This document shows, piece after piece, positions 29,680-38,840 of a stretch of 64,000 nt of DNA. A program made the position numbers and the translations under genes. The stretch's first letter is position 1. Every line of letters begins with the position of its first letter. The notes below the pieces were generated by a model. The model was given only the letters and a program-made list of their open reading frames with translations, made no database searches and had not been told where the DNA came from. The DNA comes from Paracoccaceae bacterium (GTDB lineage Bacteria; Pseudomonadota; Alphaproteobacteria; Rhodobacterales; Rhodobacteraceae): contig SBGD01000078.1 in assembly GCA_006226775.1 (NCBI GenBank), positions 31,967 to 95,966 on the forward strand. The letters are read 5' to 3'.

Positions 29680-29740
29680 GTCCCGGACCTGATCCGGGAC
29701 CTCATGGGTTGACGTGGAGGCCCCGGATCAGGTCCGGGGC
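29680..29740. repeat. Inverted pair of REP-like palindromes
   Basis: GTCCCGGACCTGATCCGGGAC (29680-29700) and GCCCCGGATCAGGTCCGGGGC (29720-29740) between convergent genes. Confidence 0.85.
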
Positions 29741-29761
29741 GGGGGATCGCAGAGGGCGCCG

Positions 29762-30697
29762 TCAGGCCCGTTCGGCGCCGTAGTAGAGCATCGCCACATG
29801 TTCGGCCTCGGCGAAGAACAGCCAGCGTTCGACCACCAGACCGGCCCCGGCGGACATCACCGCGATCGGCGCCAGCACCGGCGCCAGCCCGCCTGTCACC
29901 GCCACGAAGGCCAGGAGCAGGCCCGGCACCGCGAAGCCCCATGTCAGCACCATCCGGCGAAGGTCGCGCGCGTGCTTGCGCGCCACCTGGTAGCCCATTT
30001 CGCGCATCACGTAGTTGGGCCGGGTATGCGGCGGGTCGAGCTGGCGTTGCACGCCGGGGATGCCGATGGCCATGTCGGCGCTAAAGCGGCCCGTCTCGGC
30101 GTCGATCCGGCGCCAGTAGAGCCACTTCAGGCCGCCCGCGCCGATCAGCGCCAGCAGCGCGAGGGTTGCCGCGCCGCGCGCCGTGCCGCCGGCAAAGGCG
30201 ATCAGCAGGCACAGCAGCAGCGCGCCCGAGGAAGCCGCGAGGGCGAGGTAGATCCAGGGCACCAGCGGGTGATGCCACTGCCGGATGGTCTTCAGCGAAG
30301 TGTAGATCATGCCGGTACACCAGACCGTCGCCACCGCGCCCAGGGCCGAGAGCAGCGCCAGCGGCAGCGACAGCCAGCCGCTCACCCCGAAGAGCGACAG
30401 CAGCGTCAGCAGGCCCGCCGGCAGATAGGTGGCCACCGCCGCCACGCCCTCGCGCGAGAGCCAGGACGAGCGCCATTGGCTGAACGCCCGCCAGGCCCGC
30501 TCGGGGCGGCCGAGGTGGAAGGTGGAACTGAGCAGGCCCAGGGTGATCAGCGCCAGGGCGCTGCAGATCGCGACAAGGAACTGCCATCCGGCGAGGGGCA
30601 GGACCCCGATCACATGCGCAAGGCTCAGCCAGAACAAAAGGCCATAGCCCGCGCCCGAGGCGGTGGTGAAGAGGATGACGGAATAGGCGGGATGCAT
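29762..30697 (-). CDS. soeC: DmsC-type membrane anchor of sulfite dehydrogenase
   Basis: [52 protein letters not shown]. Confidence 0.88.
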   Translation of the reverse strand: MHPAYSVILFTTASGAGYGLLFWLSLAHVIGVLPLAGWQFLVAICSALALITLGLLSSTFHLGRPERAWRAFSQWRSSWLSREGVAAVATYLPAGLLTLLSLFGVSGWLSLPLALLSALGAVATVWCTGMIYTSLKTIRQWHHPLVPWIYLALAASSGALLLCLLIAFAGGTARGAATLALLALIGAGGLKWLYWRRIDAETGRFSADMAIGIPGVQRQLDPPHTRPNYVMREMGYQVARKHARDLRRMVLTWGFAVPGLLLAFVAVTGGLAPVLAPIAVMSAGAGLVVERWLFFAEAEHVAMLYYGAERA

Positions 30698-30707
30698 CTG
30701 GTTCGCT

Positions 30708-31448
30708 CTACCGGCTGAGCGCCCGGTCGGCCCAGGCAAAGAGTTTCTCGATGGGCGATCCGGTCTGCTCCGGCGCGGGCGCGACATTGGTCACGGGCGC
30801 CCGGTCGGTGCCCTTGCGCGGCGGCAGGTACTTGTTGACCGGCTTGTAGCCCATCTCGGCCATCAGGTCGAAACCGCCCCGGTCATTGACCGACTGCGAC
30901 ACTGTGCTGTCCGGGTCGCCGAGGTCTCCGAAGGCGCGCGCGCCGGTGGGGCAGGCGCGCACGCAGGCGGGGGTGCGGTCTTCCTCGGGGAGGGTCTCGT
31001 TGTAGATGCGATCGACGCAGAGGGTGCATTTCTTCATCACGCCCTGGTCGTGGTCATATTCCCGCGCGCCGTAGGGACAGGCCCAGGAACAGAGCTTGCA
31101 GCCGATGCAGGTGTCGGGATTGACCAGAACGATGCCGTCTTCGGCGCGCTTGTAGCTGGCGCCGGTGGGGCAGACGGTGACACAGGCCGCATCCTCGCAA
31201 TGGAGGCAAGAGCGGGGGAAGTGCACGGTGCCGGTGAAGTGGTCGTTGGCGATCTCGTAGGTATGGACCCGGTTGAGCCAGGCGCCGTCGGGGTCGGCGC
31301 CATAGGGGTCGTAGTCGGTGAGCGGGGCGGAATAGCCGCCGGTGTTCCACTCCTTGCAGGAGGTGACGCAGGCATGGCAGCCGACGCAGATATCGAGGTC
31401 GATGACGAGACCGAGTTTCTTGTCGGTCCGGGTGGGGAGGGTGGTCAT
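30708..31448 (-). CDS. soeB: 4Fe-4S dicluster subunit of sulfite dehydrogenase
   Basis: [56 protein letters not shown]. Confidence 0.9.
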   Translation of the reverse strand: MTTLPTRTDKKLGLVIDLDICVGCHACVTSCKEWNTGGYSAPLTDYDPYGADPDGAWLNRVHTYEIANDHFTGTVHFPRSCLHCEDAACVTVCPTGASYKRAEDGIVLVNPDTCIGCKLCSWACPYGAREYDHDQGVMKKCTLCVDRIYNETLPEEDRTPACVRACPTGARAFGDLGDPDSTVSQSVNDRGGFDLMAEMGYKPVNKYLPPRKGTDRAPVTNVAPAPEQTGSPIEKLFAWADRALSR

Positions 31449-31500
31449 ATGGCTTTCCCCGCTCGAAGACTGGCAGAGACGTAGCTCAGACCGAACAACC

Positions 31501-31683
31501 GGCGCGCCTGCGCCATGGTTGCCAGTGTTCGAGCCATTGGTCCGAGCGACCACTGGCGACACCTCCCCCCCGGGAGGGCATTCGTCGTCCGACCGGCAGT
31601 AAGTGCTTCGTTGATGCTTTTGAGTGCCACGGGCAAGCCAGGCTTGCAGGCCCTCCCGAGGTCGGGCATGGCGCAGGCGCGCC
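31501..31683. mobile_element. MITE-like foldback element between soeA and soeB
   Basis: Perfect 17-bp terminal inverted repeats GGCGCGCCTGCGCCATG / CATGGCGCAGGCGCGCC with nested internal inverted repeats. Confidence 0.6.
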
Positions 31684-31707
31684 TTCTGGCCAGATATTGC
31701 GCGTTGC

Positions 31708-34569
31708 TCATTCCGCAGGCTCCTTCCACTCGGCGCCATAGGCCAGCTTGTCCGGCGACGGCGGTTGGCTTGCATGACCCAAAGGCTCGAACAGCGGCTC
31801 GGTCCCGCCACTCTCGGCCTTCTCGATCTTGACCCGCAGGTCGAACCAGGCGGCCTGACCGGTCAAGGGATCGGAGTTGGAATAGCGATACCCGCCGCCC
31901 CCCTTGGGCAGCAATTCCGAAATCAGGTGGTTCAGCAGGAAGCCCTCGGTATTCTCCGGCGCATCCCCGTCCAGCCCCCAGGCCCCGCGGCGTTTGCCGA
32001 TGGCGTTCCAGGTCCAGACCGTGTGCCGGTTGACCCCCTCCATCAGCCGCACCTGGCATTTCACCCGGCCGAGATGCGACGAGAGCCAGACCCAGTCGTC
32101 GTCCTGCACCCCCAGATCGCGCCCCACCGAGGTATGCACATACAAACGGTTGGCCGCCGTGATCTGGCGCAGCCAGGCGTTTTGCGAGCCCCAGGAATGG
32201 TACATGTGCATCGGGCGCTGGGTGATGGCGTGGAGCGGGAAACCTTCGACCAGTTGCTCCTCGAAGGGCGGATACCAGAACGGCAGCGGGTCGAAATGCG
32301 CCTCGATCCGGGCGCGCGCGCGGTCGGGGGGCTGGCGGTCGCCGTGCCCTTGCGCGGCCAGCCGAAACTTCTGCATCGGCTCGGAATAAAGCTGAAAGAT
32401 CGTCGGCTCCGGCGACAGGCGGATGCCCTTCTCGATGGCCCAGTCGAGATAGCCGCGGTTGGCATGGCGGAAATAGGCATGGCCCGGGTCGAGCTTCAGG
32501 CCGAAATACGCGCCGTTCTCGATATAGCGGTCCAACTGGTCGGGGTTGGGATCGCCGACGCAGGCCTTGTCCGCGTTCTCACCCCGCCAGCCTGCCAGGG
32601 GGCCGATGCCGGGCTTGCGCTGGTGGTTGGTGATGTAATCGGGATAGCCGCCGGGGAACTTCGGCGTGCCGTCGGCATTGATGAACCCGGGCAGGTGCAG
32701 CCGCGCGCCCAACTCGATCAGCACCTCCTGGAAGCCGCGCACATCGCGGTCGGGCTGAACCACCGGATGACGGATCGCATCGGCCACCATGTCGGGCTCG
32801 GAAATCGGCCGGTCGAGCAGGGAAATGCAGTCCCAACGCTCAAGGTAGGTGGTGTCGGGCAGGATCAGGTCGGCAAAGGGCACGGTCTCGGAATAATAGG
32901 CGTCGGAATAGATGATCTTGGGGATCACGTAGGCGCCGGTGTCGTCTGTGGCGGTCAGCGCCTCCAGCGTGCCGCCGACATTCATCGAGGAATTCCACGC
33001 CATGTTCGCCATGTACATGAAAAGCACGTCGATGCTGTAGGGGTCTTTCTTCGCCGCGTTGTTGATCACCATGTGCATCAGCCCATGGGCCGAGATCGGC
33101 GCATCCCAGGAAAATCCCTTGTCGAGCCGCGAGGGGGTGCCATCCGCGTCGATCAACAGGTGCTCGGGCCCATGCGGAAAGCCCAGGTGCGGGCCGCCCA
33201 AGGGCATTTCCGGCTGGATCTGGCCGGGCGCGCCATGGGGCAGCAGGTTGGGCGGGGTCTGTTTGGGATAAGGCGGCTTGTAGCGGAACCCGCCGGGGCA
33301 ATCGATCGAGCCCAGAAGGATCTGCAGGATATGGATCATGCGGCAGGTCTGAAAGCCGTTGGAATGGGCGGAGATGCCGCGCATCGCGTGCATCGAGACC
33401 GGACGCCCGATCATCGTGTCATGCTTGCGGCCCGCCCAGTCGGTCCAGGGCCGGTCGAGCACGATCTCTTCGCGGAAGGCCACATGCGCCAGTTCCGCGG
33501 CGATCTTTCGCATCTGCTCGGCGGGCACGCCGGTGCGCTCTTCCACCGCCTCGGGGGTGTAGTCCGCGCCGAGGTAGCGCTCGGCCATCAACTCGAAGAC
33601 GGGACGCGCGCTGCGACCATCGGGCAGAGTGTGCGTGCCTGACAGGGATGGCTGAATGTCGGCGGCCTTGCCACTGCCGAAGGCGTCGGTGGCCTTGTCC
33701 CAGACCATCGGGTTGCCGTCCGCGTCGCGGGCAAAGAGCCCGTCGTCGGCCGCGCCCGGCGCCTCGATCACCAGCCAGGGCGCATTGGTGTAGCGCACGA
33801 GGTAGTCGAGGTCGATCTGCCTCGTGCGGAAGAGCTCGTGGATCAGCGCGCCGACAAACAGCCCGTCGGTGCCGGGGCGGATGCCGACCCATTCGTCGGC
33901 CACGGCATTGTAGCCGGTGCGGACCGGGTTGATCGAGACCACCTTGGCGCCGCGTTTCTTCAGCTTGCCGATACCGATCTTGATCGGGTTCGAGGCATGG
34001 TCCTCGGCCACCCCGAACAACATGAAGTATTTCGTGTAATCCCAGTCGGGATCACCGAATTCCCAGAACGCCCCGCCAAAGGTATACAGGCCCCCGGCGG
34101 CCATGTTGACCGAGCAGAACCCGCCATGGGCGGCAAAGTTCGGCGTGCCGTATTGCATCGCCCAGAAACCGGTGAGGCTCTGGCTCTGGTCGCGCCCGGT
34201 GAAGAAGGCAAGCCGCTTGGGATCGGTCTTGCGGATGGGGGCCAGCCAGCCGGTGGCGATCTCCAGCGCCTCGTCCCAGGAGATCTCCTCGAACTGCCCT
34301 GACCCGCGCGGGCCCACCCGCTTCATCGGCGCGCGCAACCGGGCGGGGGAATAATGCTGCATGATCCCGGCGCTGCCCTTGCCGCAGAGCACGCCCTTGT
34401 TGACCGGATGGGCGCGATTGCCCTCGATATAGCGGACCCGGGGCTTGCCGTCTGGCCCGTCCTTGAGATGCACGTCGATGCCGCAGCGGCAGGCACACAT
34501 GTAACAGGTGGTCTGTTTCACGCTGTCGCCGACCGGCGTGCTGAGCGCGATCTGGGGATCTGGCGGCAT
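31708..34569 (-). CDS. soeA: Cytoplasm-facing molybdopterin subunit of sulfite:quinone dehydrogenase
   Basis: From MPPDPQ: TTCYMCACRC, GVLCGKGSAG, HGGFCSVNMAA, MRGISAHSNGFQTCR; no Tat signal; followed by soeB/soeC-like genes. Confidence 0.9.
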   Translation of the reverse strand: MPPDPQIALSTPVGDSVKQTTCYMCACRCGIDVHLKDGPDGKPRVRYIEGNRAHPVNKGVLCGKGSAGIMQHYSPARLRAPMKRVGPRGSGQFEEISWDEALEIATGWLAPIRKTDPKRLAFFTGRDQSQSLTGFWAMQYGTPNFAAHGGFCSVNMAAGGLYTFGGAFWEFGDPDWDYTKYFMLFGVAEDHASNPIKIGIGKLKKRGAKVVSINPVRTGYNAVADEWVGIRPGTDGLFVGALIHELFRTRQIDLDYLVRYTNAPWLVIEAPGAADDGLFARDADGNPMVWDKATDAFGSGKAADIQPSLSGTHTLPDGRSARPVFELMAERYLGADYTPEAVEERTGVPAEQMRKIAAELAHVAFREEIVLDRPWTDWAGRKHDTMIGRPVSMHAMRGISAHSNGFQTCRMIHILQILLGSIDCPGGFRYKPPYPKQTPPNLLPHGAPGQIQPEMPLGGPHLGFPHGPEHLLIDADGTPSRLDKGFSWDAPISAHGLMHMVINNAAKKDPYSIDVLFMYMANMAWNSSMNVGGTLEALTATDDTGAYVIPKIIYSDAYYSETVPFADLILPDTTYLERWDCISLLDRPISEPDMVADAIRHPVVQPDRDVRGFQEVLIELGARLHLPGFINADGTPKFPGGYPDYITNHQRKPGIGPLAGWRGENADKACVGDPNPDQLDRYIENGAYFGLKLDPGHAYFRHANRGYLDWAIEKGIRLSPEPTIFQLYSEPMQKFRLAAQGHGDRQPPDRARARIEAHFDPLPFWYPPFEEQLVEGFPLHAITQRPMHMYHSWGSQNAWLRQITAANRLYVHTSVGRDLGVQDDDWVWLSSHLGRVKCQVRLMEGVNRHTVWTWNAIGKRRGAWGLDGDAPENTEGFLLNHLISELLPKGGGGYRYSNSDPLTGQAAWFDLRVKIEKAESGGTEPLFEPLGHASQPPSPDKLAYGAEWKEPAE

Positions 34570-34688
34570 GGTCGTCCTTCCTGCCATGGGAGTGGTCCGG
34601 AACGACGTTGGCACAAAATGCCGGCGCATGAAATTATTTCCCGCAGCCGGCGCGATATTCGGGCGGATTTCCCGCCGGGCGGGGCAGG

Positions 34689-35036
34689 CTAGTCGGGGCT
34701 GTCGTCGGTATTGGCCGGGGCCTGGGGGTGCTTGTGGCCCAGCCGCCCGATCAGCCACTCGGTATGTTCCTCGCGCTTGCGCATGGCGAACATGCCGAAC
34801 TGCTGGATCGTCACCGCAAAGACGCCGAGACCGGCGAAGATGAAGATCGTCGTGCCGATCGTGCCCAGCGCGGTGGCGGGCACCAGGCTGCCGTAGCCCA
34901 CCGTCGACAGGGTGACCACGGTGAAGAAATAGGCGTCGAGCCAGGACCAGCCCTCGGCCCAGCGAAAGAACACCGTGCCGCCAAGGACAAGCGAGGCGAG
35001 GGTCACGATGAGCGCCAGCAACTTGACCGTGTGCAT
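34689..35036 (-). CDS. Minimal two-TM potassium channel
   Basis: From MHTVKLL: DAYFFTVVTLSTVGYG selectivity filter between two hydrophobic helices. Confidence 0.88.
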   Translation of the reverse strand: MHTVKLLALIVTLASLVLGGTVFFRWAEGWSWLDAYFFTVVTLSTVGYGSLVPATALGTIGTTIFIFAGLGVFAVTIQQFGMFAMRKREEHTEWLIGRLGHKHPQAPANTDDSPD

Positions 35037-35041
35037 CGGGA

Positions 35042-35677
35042 TCAGGCGGTCTGTTCCTGCAGTTCCGCGATCACCTTTGCCCAGAGTTCGGGCGGCTGCG
35101 CGCCGGGCACCGCGTGCTTGCCGTCGACGACGAAGGTCGGCACCGAGGTCACGCCGATCTCGCGCCCGGCGGCGTCGCGGTCGCGGATTTCCTGGATGTC
35201 GCAGTCCGATTCCAGCAGCCGGTGAATGACCGAGGCATCGAGCCCCACCGAATCCGCCAGGTCCGCCAGGATGTCGCGGTCGCCGATGTCGCTGCCCTCG
35301 ACGAAATAGGCCCGGAACAGCGCCGAGACCATCGCCGACTGCTTGCCCTCGAGACCCGCCCAATGGATCATCCGATGGGCGTCGAGCGTGTTGGGGGTGC
35401 GCGTGATGGCTTCGAGATCGATCTTGAGCCCGGCCTTCTCGGCGTGCTGCTGCACCGGCAGATAGGCCTGGACCGCCGCCTCCTTGCCGCCGAACTTGGT
35501 TTCCAGGTAGGCGCGCCGGTCCATGCCCTCGGCGGGCATCTCGGGGTTGAGCTGGAAAGGGTGCCATTCGATGACGAAGGGGTGATCGCCCGCCGCTTCC
35601 AGCGCGCGGTCGAGATTGGCCTTGCCGATATAGCACCAGGGGCAGATCGGGTCGGAGAGGATGTCGAGCTTGACCAT
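35042..35677 (-). CDS. DsbA family oxidoreductase (FrnE-like)
   Basis: MVKLDILSDPICPWCYIGK, PFQLNP, VTSVPTF. Confidence 0.92.
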   Translation of the reverse strand: MVKLDILSDPICPWCYIGKANLDRALEAAGDHPFVIEWHPFQLNPEMPAEGMDRRAYLETKFGGKEAAVQAYLPVQQHAEKAGLKIDLEAITRTPNTLDAHRMIHWAGLEGKQSAMVSALFRAYFVEGSDIGDRDILADLADSVGLDASVIHRLLESDCDIQEIRDRDAAGREIGVTSVPTFVVDGKHAVPGAQPPELWAKVIAELQEQTA

Positions 35678-35782
35678 GTCACTGGGCCTTTCAAACGGTT
35701 TGGGGGCGTTTAACAGGGTGGGCGCCTTTTGCACAGGGGCAGTTCTCGGGTTCTGCGGAACGTCTCGCGGCAGCGCATCGCA

Positions 35783-36060
35783 GCCCCGGACTTGGTCCGG
35801 GGCCTCATTGCCGGGATGCGGTGAGGGTCCAGCGTGGTGAAACGGCTCCATAGTGGATGCGGGAAGGAGAGGGTGAGGTCCCGGATCAGGTCCGGGACGG
35901 CGGTGGGGGGCTGGTCGCCGGGGTGCCCTGCGGTTCCGGTGAATCGGAGCCGTGCTCCCGCGGGTGCGGGAAGGAGAGCATGAGGTCCCGGATCAAGTCC
36001 GGGACGGCGGTGGGGGGCTTTTCGACGGGGTGCGGTGAGGTCCCGGATCAGGTCCGGGAC
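35783..36060. repeat. Cluster of four REP-like palindromes
   Basis: G(T/C)CCCGGA-N5-TCCGGG(A/G)C at 35783, 35878, 35985 and 36040; copies 2 and 3 share about 55 bp of flanking context. Confidence 0.88.
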
Positions 36061-37577
36061 TGCGGTGGGTCGGGGGTGAAGCCGTCGCGCAGAGCGCGGC
36101 GCGACAGTTTGCCGTTGGGACCGGTGGGCAGGGCTTCGAGACGGCGGTAGAGGCGCGGTTGCTTGTAGCGGGCCAGGGAAGCCTCGGCGCGGGCTGCGAG
36201 CGGGTCGGCAAGGTCGGCATCGGCGGTGTAGAAGGCGGCGATGACGCGGGTGTCGGGCTTGATCTCGACATCGGTCACGGCGATCGCCTTGAGGCCGGGG
36301 ATGCCTTGCAGCGCGTGCTCGACCTCCTGCGGCGAGACCCGGAAGCCGCCGGCGTTCATCATGTCGTCGGCGCGGCCGAGATAGGCGATCTGGCCATCCG
36401 ACTCCATCCGCCCCAGGTCACCGGTGTGAAACCAGCCGTCATGACAGCGCCCGGCGGTGGCCTCGGGCGCGCCGTGGTATTCCAGCATCAGGCCGGGGTC
36501 GCTGGCGGCCACGCAGATCTCGCCGGGGGTGCCGGTCTCGACCGGGGTGCCCTCGGGGCCGAGGATGGCAATGCGGCGGCCCTTTTGCGGCTGGCCGAGC
36601 ATCCCCGGACGCGCCGGATGCGCCGGGGACGACGAGATGAAGGTCGAGCATTCCGACATGCCGTAGGCCTCGTAGATTGTGGTGCCGGTGGCGGCCTGCC
36701 AGGCCGCGCGCAGGCTCTCGGGCAGTTTCTCGCCCGCCGAGAGCGCGTGGCGCAGCTTGGGCAGGGGTGGCAGCGGACCCGAGAGCAGCTTGCGGAAGAT
36801 GCCGGGTGCCGCGGCAAAAAGCGTGGCGTCGTGGCGCTTGAGCAAAAGCGGCAGCAGCGCCGGATCGGTGCCGGGCTCGGGGATCAGCGCGGTGGCGCCG
36901 GCGGCCCAGGGGTCCATCAGCCCGGTGCCCAGCGTGAAGGTCCAGTTGAAGGCGCCGGCATGGCAGAGCCGGTCGCTGCTCCGCAACTCGTACCAGCCCT
37001 CGACCATCATCTGCCGCGCCCAGATCGCCCGGTGGGCATGAACCACCGCGCGCGGAATGCCCGAGGTGCCGGAGGTGAAGACGATATAGGCCGGACGCTC
37101 GGGCGCGCCCAGGGCCCAGGCCGCGGGCGGCAGTTCCGCCATGTCATGCAGCGCGGCGGCGGTGATCACCGGCAGGTCGGTTTCGGCGCAGGGCACCCCG
37201 GGGTCATGCAGGATCAGCGCGGGCGAGACGATGGCGATGATCCGCGCGGTCTCGGCCGCGGACAATTGCGCCGAGGTCGGGATCGGGATCAGCCCGGCGG
37301 CGATGGAGCCGAGGAAAGCCAGCGGAAACTCCGGCGTATTGCCCAGCCGCAAGAGCACCCGGTCGCCGGGCGCAAGCCCCTGCGCCAGCAACCCGGCGGC
37401 AATGCCGCGCACCGCGGCCTCGAGCCGTGCATAGCTCCAGCGGGTCGCCCGGTCGGGGCCCATCAGCGACAGGGCGATCTTGTCGGGCGTGGCACCGGCA
37501 TGGCGCAGCACGAAGGCGGCGAGATTGAAGGGCGCGGGGCAGGGTGGCGGCGGACCCTGGTCGAACAGGCTGGTCAT
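36048..37577 (-). CDS. AMP-binding acyl-CoA synthetase family protein
   Basis: YIVFTSGTSGIPRAV, EAYGMSE, FHTGD, GRADD, PTGPNGKL. Confidence 0.93.
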   Translation of the reverse strand: MTSLFDQGPPPPCPAPFNLAAFVLRHAGATPDKIALSLMGPDRATRWSYARLEAAVRGIAAGLLAQGLAPGDRVLLRLGNTPEFPLAFLGSIAAGLIPIPTSAQLSAAETARIIAIVSPALILHDPGVPCAETDLPVITAAALHDMAELPPAAWALGAPERPAYIVFTSGTSGIPRAVVHAHRAIWARQMMVEGWYELRSSDRLCHAGAFNWTFTLGTGLMDPWAAGATALIPEPGTDPALLPLLLKRHDATLFAAAPGIFRKLLSGPLPPLPKLRHALSAGEKLPESLRAAWQAATGTTIYEAYGMSECSTFISSSPAHPARPGMLGQPQKGRRIAILGPEGTPVETGTPGEICVAASDPGLMLEYHGAPEATAGRCHDGWFHTGDLGRMESDGQIAYLGRADDMMNAGGFRVSPQEVEHALQGIPGLKAIAVTDVEIKPDTRVIAAFYTADADLADPLAARAEASLARYKQPRLYRRLEALPTGPNGKLSRRALRDGFTPDPPQSRT

Positions 37578-37689
37578 GGGCGGCTCCGGTACGGCGCATC
37601 GGGCGCTTGCCGCCCGCCTCGCGCTGCCCTTGGGATAGGACCGGCATGGCCCGGTTGCAAGGGCCGCCGCCGCTGCCTATAGGACATCC

Positions 37690-38316
37690 ATGACGAAAAA
37701 GGACAACGCCCATCTGATCACCGTTGCCCGCGGTCGCGGCGAGGAGATCGTGCATACCGAGCCGCTCGACCTCGGTGAGCGGGTGCGCGCCCTGCGCAAG
37801 GGGCTGGGCCTGACGCTGGAACAGGCGGCGAAGGAGGCCGGGCTGGCGCGCTCGACCCTGTCGAAGATCGAGAACGGGCAGATGTCGCCCACCTATGATG
37901 CGCTGAAGAAACTGGCGGGCGGGCTGGCGATCTCGGTGCCGCAGCTGTTCACGCCGCCCAAGAACGACCGCGTCAATGGCCGCATGTCGGTGACCCGCTC
38001 GGGCGAGGGCGCGGCCCATGCCACCACCACCTATGAGCACGAGCTCCTGGCCGAAGGGCTGACCCGCAAGCAGATGCTGCCCTATCGCGCCCGCATCCGG
38101 GCGCGGTCGATCGAGGAATTCGATGGCTGGGTGCGCCACGACGGCGAGGAATTTCTCTACGTGCTGACCGGGGTGATCCGGCTTTACACGGAGTTCTACG
38201 AACCGGTCGAGATGCGGCGCGGCGACAGCGCCTATTACGACGCCACCATGGGTCACAACGTGGTGTCCGTCAGCGACGACGACGCGACGATCCTCTGGGT
38301 CACCTCGCTGGCCTGA
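37690..38316 (+). CDS. XRE-family HTH plus cupin transcriptional regulator
   Basis: LTLEQAA..AGLARSTLSKIENGQMSPT HTH; HDGEEFLYVL.G...GDS.YYDA..GH cupin. Confidence 0.92.
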   Translation: MTKKDNAHLITVARGRGEEIVHTEPLDLGERVRALRKGLGLTLEQAAKEAGLARSTLSKIENGQMSPTYDALKKLAGGLAISVPQLFTPPKNDRVNGRMSVTRSGEGAAHATTTYEHELLAEGLTRKQMLPYRARIRARSIEEFDGWVRHDGEEFLYVLTGVIRLYTEFYEPVEMRRGDSAYYDATMGHNVVSVSDDDATILWVTSLA

Positions 38317-38338
38317 ACCCTCAGCTCAGCCTGAGACC

Positions 38339-38572
38339 TCAGCCGGCCTCCAGTTCCGAGGCCTGCCGGGCCAGGCTCTGGACATAGAGCCAGTCCTTCA
38401 GCTCTTCCTCGGCCTCCATCGGCGTCAGGTCATGCGCGCGGGCAAGATGCTCGGCGATGGCGGCGGTCTGCCGCGGCATTCGCGCGATCTCGGTCTCGTC
38501 GGTATGGGGGAATCGGTCCTTGAGCCCGCGAAACGAGCGCGGCCATTCCCGCGTGATGTCTGTCCAGTTCAT
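38339..38572 (-). CDS. CsbD-like small protein
   Basis: MNWTDITREW...LK.RFP.......HL...HDLT..EA.EEL.DW resembles CsbD-type small proteins. Confidence 0.55.
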   Translation of the reverse strand: MNWTDITREWPRSFRGLKDRFPHTDETEIARMPRQTAAIAEHLARAHDLTPMEAEEELKDWLYVQSLARQASELEAG

Positions 38573-38705
38573 GTCGGCGTCCTTGAGCGAAGAAACGCCC
38601 CTCGCGCCGGTGACGTTATCACCTGATCGCCCAGTCACAAGAGCGTTTCACGCCGCGGCGGCGATTTTTGGCCGAGGGTCGCGCCGGGCCCGGGCGCGGC
38701 CGCGT

Positions 38706-38840
38706 TCAGAGCACGGTTTCGACCACCGCGTTGGCGATCTTGACCGGCGCCTTGACCACGGCCTTGGCCGGGGCGCAGCCGGCCAGACCGGCCAGCATCC
38801 CGAGAATGACGATGATGCGCAGGGCTTCAGTCCTCTTCAT
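38706..38840 (-). CDS. 44-aa lipoprotein (not in ORF track)
   Basis: Manual translation MKRTEALRIIVILGMLAGLAGCAPAKAVVKAPVKIANAVVETVL; lipobox LAGC; start overlaps the upstream gene's stop region. Confidence 0.7.
   Translation of the reverse strand: MKRTEALRIIVILGMLAGLAGCAPAKAVVKAPVKIANAVVETVL

Noticed and set aside
34570-34758. N-terminal extension of SoeA as a Tat signal
   Set aside because: The RBS and family-like sequence begin at MPPDPQ (34569); the extension has no convincing twin-arginine signal followed by a hydrophobic region.
35783-36060. Possible CRISPR array
   Set aside because: Only four copies, one inverted, with irregular spacing and partly repeated spacers; no cas genes; the same palindrome occurs at 29680, so it is a REP-like repeat.
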